Assembly (NCBI GenBank): GCA_965116925.1
Contig: OZ220744.1
Coordinates: 1,696,001-1,760,000, forward strand
Origin: Candidatus Poribacteria bacterium
GTDB taxonomy: Bacteria; Poribacteria; WGA-4E; PCPOR2b
Length of the DNA: 64,000 nt
Direction of reading: 5' to 3'
The notes under the pieces were generated by a model, which made no database searches, was not told where the DNA came from, and was given only the letters and a program-made list of their open reading frames with translations. Positions 29,408 through 39,536 of the stretch are shown here, in pieces. Numbering within the stretch: the stretch's first letter is position 1; every line of letters starts with the position of its first letter. The translations under genes were made by a program, and so were the position numbers.

Positions 29408-30454
29408 CTAAAAAACGACCTCCCGTTCAGTTCTTGCTGATTCGTAACAGCCATCGATTAATCGCTGTAAATTCAGCAGTTGCCGGCGGTCCTGCATTAC
29501 CCAAGGAGTGTCTTGCCGCAAACGCTGAATAACATCGGCATCTTGGTTTTGGATGCTCTCGCCCCAGCCACTGCTTTCCTGCAATTTTGGAGTTTTATCG
29601 ACAACTTCGCCGTCTTCGTCCAGCGTCACGGTGAACGGATCGCTGTTGAGCTTGCCTTGGGTCGTGACCATCTCGAAATGGTGAGGTGGCGGGGAATCAT
29701 CGCACCAGTTACCCTCTAATATACAGGTGGAACCATCGTCAAACCGAACAAAAGCAGTCAATAGATCTTCGACATTAAACCGTTCCCTTATCTCCGGTGA
29801 AGCGAGGGGTCCCCGTTTTCCGGGAAACAGACGACGCATTGAGGCAGTCACTGAGACAGGGTTCGGACAACCAGCCACCCAGATCGCGAGATCAAGTGCG
29901 TGTATCAGTGTAGATGCGAGGACGCCCCCAGCAGAGCTGCTCAGATAATAGTGAGGTCCCCACCAAGGTGGGTTGACGTGACACCCCCAAACTTTACTAA
30001 GTACAGGTTTCCCGACCCCGCCGGATGCCACTAAATCGTGGAGGTAGCGGGAGATCGGCATATATCGCATATTCGTACCCAGTTGGATCTGACGCCCCAG
30101 CCGCTCCGCTGCATCAAGCACCGTGATCGCCTCTTTTAAATTCCTCATGAACGGTTTCTCGCAAAGCACATCCGCCCCCGCTTCTAGTGCCGCAAGTGCC
30201 ATCTGCATATGAGTGTTCGGCATCGTGGCGACGATCACCAAATCAAGTTCACCGGGCGCAAGCATCTCTTTAACGCTTTCTGTTGCCTGCGCTTGGGGCC
30301 ACTCCTCTTTTGCGTTCTGCAACCGTTCAGGACTGATATCGCAGAATGCACTCACGACAGCGGTTTCCGCCCCCAATTTTTTAATAACGCTTAGGTGGTT
30401 CTTGCCCTGCGCGCCGCAACCAATTACACCAACCCGTATCGGTTGACTTACCAT
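29408..30454 (-). CDS. Gfo/Idh/MocA family oxidoreductase
   Basis: VGVIGCGAQG, LCEKP, GGVL...IHALD. Confidence 0.92.
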   Translation of the reverse strand: MVSQPIRVGVIGCGAQGKNHLSVIKKLGAETAVVSAFCDISPERLQNAKEEWPQAQATESVKEMLAPGELDLVIVATMPNTHMQMALAALEAGADVLCEKPFMRNLKEAITVLDAAERLGRQIQLGTNMRYMPISRYLHDLVASGGVGKPVLSKVWGCHVNPPWWGPHYYLSSSAGGVLASTLIHALDLAIWVAGCPNPVSVTASMRRLFPGKRGPLASPEIRERFNVEDLLTAFVRFDDGSTCILEGNWCDDSPPPHHFEMVTTQGKLNSDPFTVTLDEDGEVVDKTPKLQESSGWGESIQNQDADVIQRLRQDTPWVMQDRRQLLNLQRLIDGCYESARTEREVVF

Positions 30455-30513
30455 ATCTACTCCTCAAGGAAAGCAGTTAATATTTCACTGTCACCGACTT
30501 TCACCGGTGGATG

Positions 30514-31308
30514 TTAACCGGTCCAATGTTCGCACCCCCGGAAAGGCATGTGGAATCCGTCCACATATTTCGGACGCGGTGCGTAGTCGTTCACATCAGG
30601 AACCCCTTCTCCACGCAATAGAAACGCACAGGGCCACGGCTCCTTTGAGGTAATTTGTGTGCTTGTGGGGATATAGCGAATAGTCAAGCCACAGCGCCGT
30701 TGAGCGGAGGTGTTTGGGTTGGATCCATGAATAATGTTCGGGTGATGTACAGAAACATCGCCAGCTTTCAGTACAAAGTCAACCGCCTTGGACTCATCAA
30801 CCAATGCGGGATCCATGTGTGAACTGAGGACGTTAGGGACATCAACGCTACGCTGCATTTCATGGAGTTCCATTCGCTGTGTGCCGGGGATAACGCGCAT
30901 ACAGCCATTCGCCGGGGTCGAGTCATCGACCGCGAGCCACAGTGTAACGACCTCCATTGGTGCGAGGGGCCAATAGCTACCGTCCTGATGCCAAAGCACC
31001 GGTCTCCCATCGGTAGGTGGCTTGCTAATATAGTGTGAAGCGAACAGAGCAATGTTGGGCCCGACAAAAATTTCTGCAATATCGAGTAGGCGAGCATCGC
31101 TAATTAGTCGGACCCAGAATGGATCTTCTCTGACAAGACGATGGTGTAAATGTTCGGGGCGTAAATCCGGATTCTTCTCAAGCAGCCAATCAACGTGATT
31201 GCTTGTCTCTTGAACCAACTCTGCATCGAGAACGTCTCGAAAAATCGCGTAACCATCGCGTTCGTATTGCTCGCGAGCGGGAGCATGTTTGTTCGATGAA
31301 TTGTCCAT
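30514..31308 (-). CDS. Phytanoyl-CoA dioxygenase (PhyH) family Fe/2-oxoglutarate oxygenase
   Basis: WHQDGSYW, NGCMRVIPG, IHGSNPN, RRCG. Confidence 0.92.
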   Translation of the reverse strand: MDNSSNKHAPAREQYERDGYAIFRDVLDAELVQETSNHVDWLLEKNPDLRPEHLHHRLVREDPFWVRLISDARLLDIAEIFVGPNIALFASHYISKPPTDGRPVLWHQDGSYWPLAPMEVVTLWLAVDDSTPANGCMRVIPGTQRMELHEMQRSVDVPNVLSSHMDPALVDESKAVDFVLKAGDVSVHHPNIIHGSNPNTSAQRRCGLTIRYIPTSTQITSKEPWPCAFLLRGEGVPDVNDYAPRPKYVDGFHMPFRGCEHWTG

Positions 31309-31422
31309 CAGATTTCCTTTCGCGATAGATGTGTGGGCTCAGACATCACACGTGAACAGTCCTCACCCAAGCTGAGTGCTGCCATTTTATCACGAATTCA
31401 CACATGATGTAAAGCCAACTTT

Positions 31423-31525
31423 TATGGTAGATTTTAGAATTAATGGGACACGCCAAACCGGTGCGGTTACAAACCGCACCTACCGGGGTGGCGCAAGTGT
31501 TTCTTTATTTTTTGAATTTACTATA
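31423..31525. mobile_element. MITE family A with internal REP
   Basis: Near-identical to 44569-44670. The ~75 bp that follow are also shared with the flank after 25735. Confidence 0.85.
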
Positions 31526-31657
31526 GTTGGACACGATGAATGAGCAATGTCAGAAACTTGTTCGCAGAGTTACGGCACACGGAGTGTGCCTACTACTTTG
31601 TTGGTTGGGTTATTAAGTGTCGGGATTCGGAGATCCCTCCTACGGCGGACCTTTAAG

Positions 31658-32131
31658 CTAATGACTGGATTCCTTTTTCTGGATCGGGACCTGCATCAAC
31701 TCTAAGATAAAGCCATCTGGATCTTTGAAGAACACTACATACACGATGCCCCATTCCAAATCAAAGCTAACCGGCTCTGACACAAATTCGACACCTTTTG
31801 CCGTTAGATCTTGATAAGCAGTCCATACATCCGGCACACCGAAGCAGAGATGCGAGTGAGCGACATCACCTAATTGGGCATCAGACACTTTGCCTTCAGG
31901 TGCGACGTATTGCTGCAAGTCAAGCATCACCCCCGGCGTTTCGGGGGCTTCCAACCGCACCACTTCCATAATCACATCCGGTTTGCCTGTCATCTTTGAG
32001 ATAGTTTCGCCCTCTAAGCGATGCCGTTCTACCTCTTTGAGTCCGAGCAGATCGCAATAGAACCCTAGCGAGCGTTCCATATCGCTGACTGTTACCGATA
32101 CATGGTCCAAAATGTTGACAGAATTAATCAT
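31658..32131 (-). CDS. VOC (glyoxalase/bleomycin resistance) family protein
   Basis: DHVSVTVSDMERSLGFY, HLCFGVPD, FFKDPDGFILEL; RBS AAGGAGG before ATG 32131. Confidence 0.9.
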   Translation of the reverse strand: MINSVNILDHVSVTVSDMERSLGFYCDLLGLKEVERHRLEGETISKMTGKPDVIMEVVRLEAPETPGVMLDLQQYVAPEGKVSDAQLGDVAHSHLCFGVPDVWTAYQDLTAKGVEFVSEPVSFDLEWGIVYVVFFKDPDGFILELMQVPIQKKESSH

Positions 32132-32348
32132 GTTATTCCTCCTTCTTATCGCGTTATACGCAGATTGGACGAAAAAACGTCTCTCATGTTGAGCGCGCCT
32201 CTTTGAATCGAGGAGACGCCATAGATGTGCGAGATAGAATCGATGAAGCTTATCGCTTGGCGTATCTTGGAATTGTAGTTGCAGGGAGCGGAGATCTTGA
32301 GTATAATACTCGACAAATTCGACATCTCTGAAAAGAGGAGTATAAACC

Positions 32349-32837
32349 GTGCGATTCCGACGCAAAGAGGAAACCGGAAGCAACCCCTCACCTACCAATC
32401 GAAAAGCTGAGGTGCCTGATCTCGCCTTTCAGGCACACAAATATAGCATCCAGTTTGATATTTCTCCAGAAATATCTTATCTGAATGATTCACTCCCCCG
32501 ACTACTTCCTGAATTTTTGCCCCTCTTTGAAGGCTTTCCCGATGGCGTCCGGATTTCGCAGCAAGCCGTTGAAGAAGGGCTTGATTTCTGTCAGGTAACC
32601 TTCTGGGCTTTTTCCGACGAACCCGACGCAGTTAAGGCATTTTCTATCTGGTTTCAAGCATTTTTTAGAGATGATCGAATTATTGATCTGCTAGAGCGTT
32701 TTGTTAAACACGCGCTTGAAGATCCCGACGACATAGAGGTCACTCTACTCGATTGGGCACGGGTTCATGTAACGGCGGAGGAAGTGCAACAGGCTGCCGA
32801 GGCGGAACGCCATTCTATCAGATTAACCGTCGTGTAG
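32349..32837 (+). CDS. Hypothetical protein (start uncertain, possibly the GTG near 32412)
   Basis: 162-aa ORF filling an otherwise empty interval. Confidence 0.55.
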   Translation: MRFRRKEETGSNPSPTNRKAEVPDLAFQAHKYSIQFDISPEISYLNDSLPRLLPEFLPLFEGFPDGVRISQQAVEEGLDFCQVTFWAFSDEPDAVKAFSIWFQAFFRDDRIIDLLERFVKHALEDPDDIEVTLLDWARVHVTAEEVQQAAEAERHSIRLTVV

Positions 32838-32842
32838 CGGGT

Positions 32843-32958
32843 TAGGGCAATCGTGGGCACGTACAGATTGGAAATCTGTACCCACGATATGAAAGAGGAA
32901 ATGATTTGTGCAATTCAAGGGTGAAAATCCTACACAATATTTACATGCGATTGCCCTA
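32843..32958. mobile_element. MITE family D (11-bp TIR, 10-bp TSD) with an internal hairpin
   Basis: TAGGGCAATCG / CGATTGCCCTA. TGTAGCGGGT is duplicated at 32833-32842 and 32959-32968. Internal GTACAGATT-GGA-AATCTGTAC. Confidence 0.85.
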
Positions 32959-33081
32959 TGTAGCGGGTAAAACGGCGTTGACAAACCGTATCGCAAGTGC
33001 TATACTGCTAGCTGTATTTCTCGCATCTATCCGAATCACAAAGGAGCGCGGCTTGAATGAGCTCTACGCCGCAAAGAGATA

Positions 33082-33792
33082 ATGAACCGATTCCACTTTC
33101 TTTACATTCTTGCGTTCCTATTAACTATCACTGCAAGCAATGGGTCTGCGGATACTATCGAAAGCGTGTTTCAGAACTTCAAAGCAGCTTACGAAAAATC
33201 TAAAAACTTTAGTGCTGAATTTGAGGAGACGACATTGCAGGCAGGAAACAAAAGTATCGCACGCGGACGATTACTATTCAGCAAACCGAACCTGTTACGC
33301 AAGAAATATGTCAGCCACAAAGATCCGACACAACTCGCACAGCTTATTGTGCTTGACGGTGAATATTCTTGGTCATATACGCCACTACTCAGTCAGGTTA
33401 ATAAGATGAAATGGGGCAGAGCCAACCGCAAAGAACTATTGCCGGGGTTGGGAGCGTCCTTAGATGAAGCTTCCGAAAAATTTAACATGGAGCTAGTGCC
33501 GGACGAGGTGGCAAATCCGAAGAGCATCTACCGTATCAAGCTGACTCCCAAGCCGCAGATACCGCCTAATCTGGCAACCAACGAGCCCCGCGAGATTATT
33601 GAGATATGGGTCAAATCTGATAACTGGTTACCCGTCCAATTCGGTTATCAGACTGAAAGCGATAATGACAGCAGTATAAGCGTTATTGTTGCGTTTGTGA
33701 ATATCCAGCGGGATATAGAAATGGACGCTGATTTGTTCAAATTTGTTATTCCTGATGGAGTTGAAGTGATCGATCTTTCAGCCAATCAGTGA
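33082..33792 (+). CDS. lolA: Outer-membrane lipoprotein carrier LolA family protein
   Basis: Signal peptide, FSAEFEE, GRLLFSKPNLLR, DGEYSWSYTP, FKFVIPDGVEVID. Confidence 0.8.
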   Translation: MNRFHFLYILAFLLTITASNGSADTIESVFQNFKAAYEKSKNFSAEFEETTLQAGNKSIARGRLLFSKPNLLRKKYVSHKDPTQLAQLIVLDGEYSWSYTPLLSQVNKMKWGRANRKELLPGLGASLDEASEKFNMELVPDEVANPKSIYRIKLTPKPQIPPNLATNEPREIIEIWVKSDNWLPVQFGYQTESDNDSSISVIVAFVNIQRDIEMDADLFKFVIPDGVEVIDLSANQ

Positions 33793-33851
33793 AACGTTAA
33801 ACACAATGCTTAATATGCGAATCTCCACCCATTAAAGAAGGGATAAAGCAG

Positions 33852-34478
33852 ATGGATTTCCACAATGTGATGCGCCTAGCAAATTATTTGACGATTGCAC
33901 GCATGCTTCTTATCCCTTTCTTCATGCTCTCTTTTCGATATGAACGCATGTTGCCGGCACTTATTATTTTCTGTGTGGCAGCTATCACAGATTATTTCGA
34001 CGGAGTAATCGCCCGAAAACAGGGGACGACCAGTTTTGGGAAGTTTATGGATCCGCTTGCAGATAAACTCCTCGTTGGTGCGGCATTGATATGTTTGACA
34101 CGCTTTAAGGGTGGATTGATTCCGGGGTGGATGGTGTTAATCATTATGGGGCGTGAGGTCGTTGTCACGACACTTCGCTTGGTGTTCGTTGGACGATATG
34201 GCACGGTGGTCGCAGCGAGCAAGTGGGGAAAATATAAAACATCCTCACAGATGGTTGTTATTATTATCAGCCTCGTTCTGCTTGTCTGTCACGAATATAG
34301 CCACCTACTGAATATAGACATGGATTTTGTTATTCAACTCCCAGGCCCCATTTACTTCATGATGTATATTCCCTTGGTTCTTACGGTTATTTCAGGATTG
34401 GAATTCCTATATAACAACCGCAAAGGGATCTATGAATTGATGCGATCCCCGGACACTTACACGGATGATGACATCTAA
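33852..34478 (+). CDS. pgsA: CDP-diacylglycerol--glycerol-3-phosphate 3-phosphatidyltransferase
   Basis: NYLTIAR, TDYFDGVIAR, GKFMDPLADK, GKYKT. Confidence 0.9.
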   Translation: MDFHNVMRLANYLTIARMLLIPFFMLSFRYERMLPALIIFCVAAITDYFDGVIARKQGTTSFGKFMDPLADKLLVGAALICLTRFKGGLIPGWMVLIIMGREVVVTTLRLVFVGRYGTVVAASKWGKYKTSSQMVVIIISLVLLVCHEYSHLLNIDMDFVIQLPGPIYFMMYIPLVLTVISGLEFLYNNRKGIYELMRSPDTYTDDDI

Positions 34479-34636
34479 TACTAGGTGTGAAACGTGATGC
34501 GTGAAACGTGAAAAATGAACCAATGGACTCATAAACTCAATTGGTTTCGGTTGCACCATTTCTTTACATGAGTCCAATTGTTAATATGTTTTCCGGTTAA
34601 AGACCGAGAGTGAAACGTGAAAATTGACAAACACAA

Positions 34637-35206
34637 ATGAACCAACCCATTCGATGTTTCATTGCAATTGAGATACCAGAGACGATCCAAAATCAGTTGG
34701 CACGCATCCAAGGAACTCTGCGAAACCAGATTCAAAAAGCATCTTGGGTGAAACCGAGCAACATTCATTTGACGTTGAAGTTTTTAGGGGATGTTGATAC
34801 GGAAGATCTTGAATTCATCGGAGAGGCAATCGAAGGGGCGGTCATACATCACCGCAGTTTTTCATTACGTATCGGCGGCTTAGGGGCATTCCCTAATTTC
34901 GCACGCCCACGAGTCCTGTGGACTGGCGTGAAGGTTGGAGGTGAGCGGGTATCTGCCCTCGCTCAAGATATCAATGTAGCATTAACTGATTGTGGGTTTT
35001 CGCTTGACACCAAGACGTTCAATCCCCATTTAACAATCGCCCGCCTGAAAGCGCGAATCGACCTTCGGCCTTTCACGAATCAGTATCGTCAATATGATCG
35101 CATTGACGGAGCAGAGATGAGCGTCAATACAATCTCGCTTATCCAAAGTCAACTTCACCCCACAGGCGCTATTTACTCAACTTTACAGTCCTATTCCCTT
35201 ACGTAG
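34637..35206 (+). CDS. thpR: RNA 2',3'-cyclic phosphodiesterase (2H family)
   Basis: Two HxT motifs: HLTLKFLG and PHLTIAR. Confidence 0.92.
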   Translation: MNQPIRCFIAIEIPETIQNQLARIQGTLRNQIQKASWVKPSNIHLTLKFLGDVDTEDLEFIGEAIEGAVIHHRSFSLRIGGLGAFPNFARPRVLWTGVKVGGERVSALAQDINVALTDCGFSLDTKTFNPHLTIARLKARIDLRPFTNQYRQYDRIDGAEMSVNTISLIQSQLHPTGAIYSTLQSYSLT

Positions 35207-35281
35207 GCTCATATAAAAAGAAAGTGCAAAGTACTTGAAAGAGACCGAGTTTTGAAAAAAAGCTCTATTTCGGTTGCACGA
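35206..35281. mobile_element. MITE family E with an eroded right end, directly upstream of recA
   Basis: Left end matches 29274. CTTACGTA is duplicated at 35198-35205 and 35282-35289. Confidence 0.75.
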
Positions 35282-35320
35282 CTTACGTAACATCGAAAAT
35301 AGTATCAAAGGAGATTTAGT

Positions 35321-36370
35321 ATGACAGCAGACGATAAGAATAAAGCCATTGATCTTGCAATTTCGCAGATTGAACGGCAGCACGGCAAAGGCGCGATTAT
35401 GCGCTTTAGTAGTGAAGATATCTTGCCTGTTGAGGTAATTCCAACCGGCTCGCTCGCACTAGATATTGCGCTTGGTGTCGGCGGTGTGCCTCGTGGTCGA
35501 ATTGTAGAGATTTTTGGACATGAATCTAGTGGTAAAACAACACTCGCTTTACACATCATCGCAGAGGCGCAAAAAATGGGCGGCACTGCCGCGTTTGTTG
35601 ATGTTGAACACGCTATTGATCCAATGTACGCCAAACGCATCGGTGTCAATATGGAGCATTTACTCATATCTCAACCGGATACAGGCGAACAAGCGTTAGA
35701 AATTGTTGAAACGCTAGTGCGTAGCAGTGCTATTGATGTGGTTGTAATCGACTCGGTGGCAGCACTCACCCCTCAAGCGGAAATCGAGGGTGAGATGGGC
35801 GATGCACATGTGGGTTTATTGCCGCGTTTGATGTCCAAAGCATTGCGCAAACTCTCTGGAGTGGCAAGCAAATCGAAATCGTGCATCATTTTCACGAATC
35901 AGATTCGTCAAAAGATTGGTGTTATGTTTGGCAATCCAGAAACCACACCGGGTGGGCTCGCCCTCAAGTTCCACGCTTCGGTCCGACTTGAAATCCGACG
36001 GGCGGAGACCCTCAAGGAAGGGGACGAGATGGTTGGCAACCGTATCCGGGTTAAAGTTGCCAAGAATAAAGTGGCACCTCCCTTTACACAAGCTGAATTT
36101 GAAATGACGTTCGGAGAGGGTATTTCTAAGCTGGGCGATCTGCTCGACGTAGCAACGGATCAAGATATTGTGGATAAGAGTGGTGCATGGTTCTCTTATA
36201 ACAACGAGCGTCTCGGTCAAGGTAGAAATAATGCTAAAGAATATCTGATTCAACACCCTGAGATCATTGACGAAATTGAAACTAAAGTTCGTGAGAACCT
36301 TGGTATTTATGCCCAATCTGCCCCTGCATCAATTGCGGGTGTCGATTCTGACGCATCTGGTAAGGAGTAA
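35321..36370 (+). CDS. recA: Recombinase RecA
   Basis: [43 protein letters not shown]. Confidence 0.99.
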   Translation: MTADDKNKAIDLAISQIERQHGKGAIMRFSSEDILPVEVIPTGSLALDIALGVGGVPRGRIVEIFGHESSGKTTLALHIIAEAQKMGGTAAFVDVEHAIDPMYAKRIGVNMEHLLISQPDTGEQALEIVETLVRSSAIDVVVIDSVAALTPQAEIEGEMGDAHVGLLPRLMSKALRKLSGVASKSKSCIIFTNQIRQKIGVMFGNPETTPGGLALKFHASVRLEIRRAETLKEGDEMVGNRIRVKVAKNKVAPPFTQAEFEMTFGEGISKLGDLLDVATDQDIVDKSGAWFSYNNERLGQGRNNAKEYLIQHPEIIDEIETKVRENLGIYAQSAPASIAGVDSDASGKE

Positions 36371-36391
36371 GTCCGATTTGCTATTAATTCC

Positions 36392-37438
36392 ATGGACATG
36401 CTTGAAATAGACGGAAATTACGGTGAGGGCGGCGGTCAAATCCTACGCTCAAGCCTTAGTTTGTCTGCGATTCTTAATCGCCCCATCCGTATCAGCCGCA
36501 TACGCGCAGGACGAAAAAAGTCGGGACTGGCTCCGCAGCATCTCACCAGTGTTAATGCAGTGGCTGCGATTACCAATGCTGAAGTAACCGGCGGACAACT
36601 TGGTTCGCAAACATTGACGTTTCACCCCCAAGAAATTACCGGCGGAAACTATACTTTTGATGTCGCAGAAATTCGGCCGAGTGCTGGGGCGTTATCGTTA
36701 GTTTTCCAAGCGGTAGCACTACCGTTGTCCTTTGCTAAGGTCCCCTCAACTGTGACTTTGCGCGGTGGAACTCATGTTCCTTGGAGTCCCACCGTCCATT
36801 TTCTACAAGAAATTTTCATACCGATGGCAGCAAAGTTCGGGTTTCAAGGTTTGATTCAGTTGAACCGGTGGGGCTGGTATCCCAAGGGTGGTGGAGAGGT
36901 AATCGCAGGGGTGCAGCCGACCGTAGATTGGCATGGTGTTGGATTCAAAAATCGTGGAAAATTGCAAGCAATCCACGGCATTTGCGCTGCTTCCAATCTC
37001 CCTGAACATATTATCAATCGGCAGTACGACCAGATCGAAAGACGATTACAAAAGTTCAATGCACCGGTCAACATAAAGCGAGTAAGGGGGGAATCGATCG
37101 GGCAGGGAACGCTTGTTTTCTTGAAGGCAGAATTTGAAAATGCCCAAGCTGGGTTCTCCGCGCTCGGTGCGCGGGGTAAGCGGGCAGAACGCGTTGCCGA
37201 TGAAGCCTGCCAAGCGTTGGCAGATTTTCTGGTGTCAGACGCAGCAATTGAGCCGCACCTTGCAGATCAACTCATTCTTCCGATGGCACTTGCAAAGGGA
37301 GAATCTCGCTTTACTACCTCTCAAATCACGCGACATCTCACAACAAACATCTGGTTGGTCCGGCAGTTTTTACCCGTTCAATTCGAGGTGAATGGAGTCG
37401 AAAACGGACCGGGGGAGATCGTCAAGGTAGATTGTTGA
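36392..37438 (+). CDS. rtcA: RNA 3'-terminal phosphate cyclase
   Basis: GEGGGQILR, GLAPQH, GGTHV, GWYPKGGG, HLADQL, HLTTN. Confidence 0.96.
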   Translation: MDMLEIDGNYGEGGGQILRSSLSLSAILNRPIRISRIRAGRKKSGLAPQHLTSVNAVAAITNAEVTGGQLGSQTLTFHPQEITGGNYTFDVAEIRPSAGALSLVFQAVALPLSFAKVPSTVTLRGGTHVPWSPTVHFLQEIFIPMAAKFGFQGLIQLNRWGWYPKGGGEVIAGVQPTVDWHGVGFKNRGKLQAIHGICAASNLPEHIINRQYDQIERRLQKFNAPVNIKRVRGESIGQGTLVFLKAEFENAQAGFSALGARGKRAERVADEACQALADFLVSDAAIEPHLADQLILPMALAKGESRFTTSQITRHLTTNIWLVRQFLPVQFEVNGVENGPGEIVKVDC

Positions 37439-37493
37439 AAGTTCGGTTCCTCTTTACGAAAGCAAAAAATTCAAAAACCCGTCCACAAAGCAG

Positions 37494-38531
37494 ATGAAAC
37501 CGCTTAATCGCGAAATTGACGAGCTCATACAGCATGGAATCTCTGAGAAAGTCTTCCCCGGTGCCGTTGCCTATATCGCTGAAGGCGATACAATCTCATA
37601 CTGCGAGGCATTTGGCTGCCGAATGTACACCCCCAAAATTAAGCCGATGCAGTGCGACACAATCTTTGACCTCGCCTCCCTCACCAAACCGATTGTGACC
37701 GCGACACTCATCATGCGCTGTGTTGAGGAGGGAACCGTTGCACTCAACGAGCCACTTCACAATTATCTTCCTGAATTCAGCCATCCGCAAGTAACCGTTT
37801 TTCATCTCTTGACCCATACCTCTGGACTTCCAGCGTGGCGTGCGATCTACCTAGAATCAAAAAATAGGGACGGAGTTGTCGACTGTCTCAGCCAAATCCC
37901 ATTGGATTATCCGACGGGAACGCAGGTAGTGTACAGTTGTTTGGGATATATCCTTCTTGGAAAATTGCTTGAATGCCTCACAGGCGAAGCACTAGACGCA
38001 CTCGCCCAGAGAAGGATTTTTCAACCGCTTGAAATGAAATGGACACGTTATAATCCACCGTCGGCGTGGGCCGAGAAGTGTGCGGCAACAGAAGATTCCA
38101 ACAGTTTTGAAAAACGGATGGTGGACTATCAGCCGCACGATTGGCGGGAAGGAGTCATTGTGGGCGAGGTGCATGACGAAAATGCCCATTTTCTTGGTGG
38201 AATTTCAGGAAATGCAGGGCTGTTTTCGACCGCTACAGATATAGCGAAATTTTGTCAGATGCTACTTAATGGCGGGAACAATGTCTTGACGGCCGAGAGC
38301 ATCAACCAGATGGCAACCGTTCAGACAACAGGATTAAATGAATCACGCGGCATCGGCTGGATTATATTAGAAGATGGTTCGCTCTATCATACTGGGTTTA
38401 CAGGAACGTCAATTCGGGTCAATATAGAGAGAAAACTGTACGCTATTCTACTGACTAACCGGGTTCATCCGGACGCTTCACGTACGGGTATCGCTGATTT
38501 TCGAGCTAAGTTTTACCAATCTATTTTTTAA
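37494..38531 (+). CDS. Serine hydrolase, beta-lactamase/AmiE-like
   Basis: ASLTK (SxxK), LLTHTSG, YSCLG, VHDENA, HTGFTG, LTNRVHP. Confidence 0.9.
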   Translation: MKPLNREIDELIQHGISEKVFPGAVAYIAEGDTISYCEAFGCRMYTPKIKPMQCDTIFDLASLTKPIVTATLIMRCVEEGTVALNEPLHNYLPEFSHPQVTVFHLLTHTSGLPAWRAIYLESKNRDGVVDCLSQIPLDYPTGTQVVYSCLGYILLGKLLECLTGEALDALAQRRIFQPLEMKWTRYNPPSAWAEKCAATEDSNSFEKRMVDYQPHDWREGVIVGEVHDENAHFLGGISGNAGLFSTATDIAKFCQMLLNGGNNVLTAESINQMATVQTTGLNESRGIGWIILEDGSLYHTGFTGTSIRVNIERKLYAILLTNRVHPDASRTGIADFRAKFYQSIF

Positions 38532-38553
38532 CTTTGAAAAGGAGATTATCAAC

Positions 38554-39486
38554 ATGCAAGAAATGTTGAATGGGGTTATAGACAGTATCAAAGAGCCATT
38601 AACACGGGTATTGGGCGAATCTATAATTAGTGTCCTATATGCCCTCCTAATTTTAATTGGGTTACTAATTGCTTATAAAGTATCGAAACGATTGATTATC
38701 GGTGCGATGCAAATTCAGGATCGCACCGATAATCAAGTTCGTCAGTTTGTAGCGATGTGGAGATATGGGTTTTTGTTGGGAGGCATTGTCTTTGTCATTG
38801 TAAGTATGTCAGGGTCACTGGCTGCAATGGGATTAACTGTTGCTTTTGTCAGTATGATCTTGGGTTGGTCCCTCCAACGACCGGTGACGGGTGTTGCGGC
38901 GTGGTTGATGGTGATGATTAAGCGTCCCTTTATGATTGGCGATCGCATTATCATACAGGGTGTGCGAGGGGACGTTTTGGAAATCTCACCCACACACATT
39001 CTGCTCGGCGAAGTCGGCGGCACAGTGGGCGGTGAGGAGTCTTCCAATCGCGGCATTTTGATTCCCAATGCGGTGTTATTTGATCAGATGGTAATCAACT
39101 ACGCGGTTTCTGACGACACGAAGTATATCTTGGACGAAGTCCCTGTTAGGATTTCCTATGATTCGGATTATAAATTGGCGGAACAAACGCTGATTGACTG
39201 TGCCCAAGAAGTAACACAGGAAATTATAGAAGATACAGGCAGTGCCCCTGAAGTCCGTGCGGAATTCTTTGATTCCGGGGTAAGGATGCGCCTGCGCTAT
39301 CAATCCATCGCCGTAGATAGACAGAAGATATCAACCGAGATCGTTGCAAAAATTGTGGAAGCTTTCAGTAATAGCGATCAACTTGGCTTTGCTTACCAGC
39401 ATTCTGCCATAGAGTATAAGTTATCCGAAGCGGCGTCTCTACCACCAATGTTTAAGGAGGTTCCCCTCAATCAAGAAGTTGACTGA
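38554..39486 (+). CDS. Mechanosensitive channel MscS family protein
   Basis: Three TMs, RPFMIGDRI, IPNAVLF. Confidence 0.88.
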   Translation: MQEMLNGVIDSIKEPLTRVLGESIISVLYALLILIGLLIAYKVSKRLIIGAMQIQDRTDNQVRQFVAMWRYGFLLGGIVFVIVSMSGSLAAMGLTVAFVSMILGWSLQRPVTGVAAWLMVMIKRPFMIGDRIIIQGVRGDVLEISPTHILLGEVGGTVGGEESSNRGILIPNAVLFDQMVINYAVSDDTKYILDEVPVRISYDSDYKLAEQTLIDCAQEVTQEIIEDTGSAPEVRAEFFDSGVRMRLRYQSIAVDRQKISTEIVAKIVEAFSNSDQLGFAYQHSAIEYKLSEAASLPPMFKEVPLNQEVD

Positions 39487-39536
39487 AATTGAGTCAAGCT
39501 CCAACATTTACGTTTGGTTCAAAGTGACAAGAAAAT

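Noticed and set aside
31309..31400. Possible riboswitch upstream of the PhyH gene
   Set aside because: Only weak pairing and no recognisable consensus; an Rfam scan would be needed.
32132..32398. N-terminal extension of the VOC ORF
   Set aside because: A strong RBS precedes ATG 32131, and the extension overlaps the divergent gene.
35282..35320. LexA/SOS box upstream of recA
   Set aside because: No motif I can recognise; the palindromic TTACGTAA is mostly the MITE target duplication.
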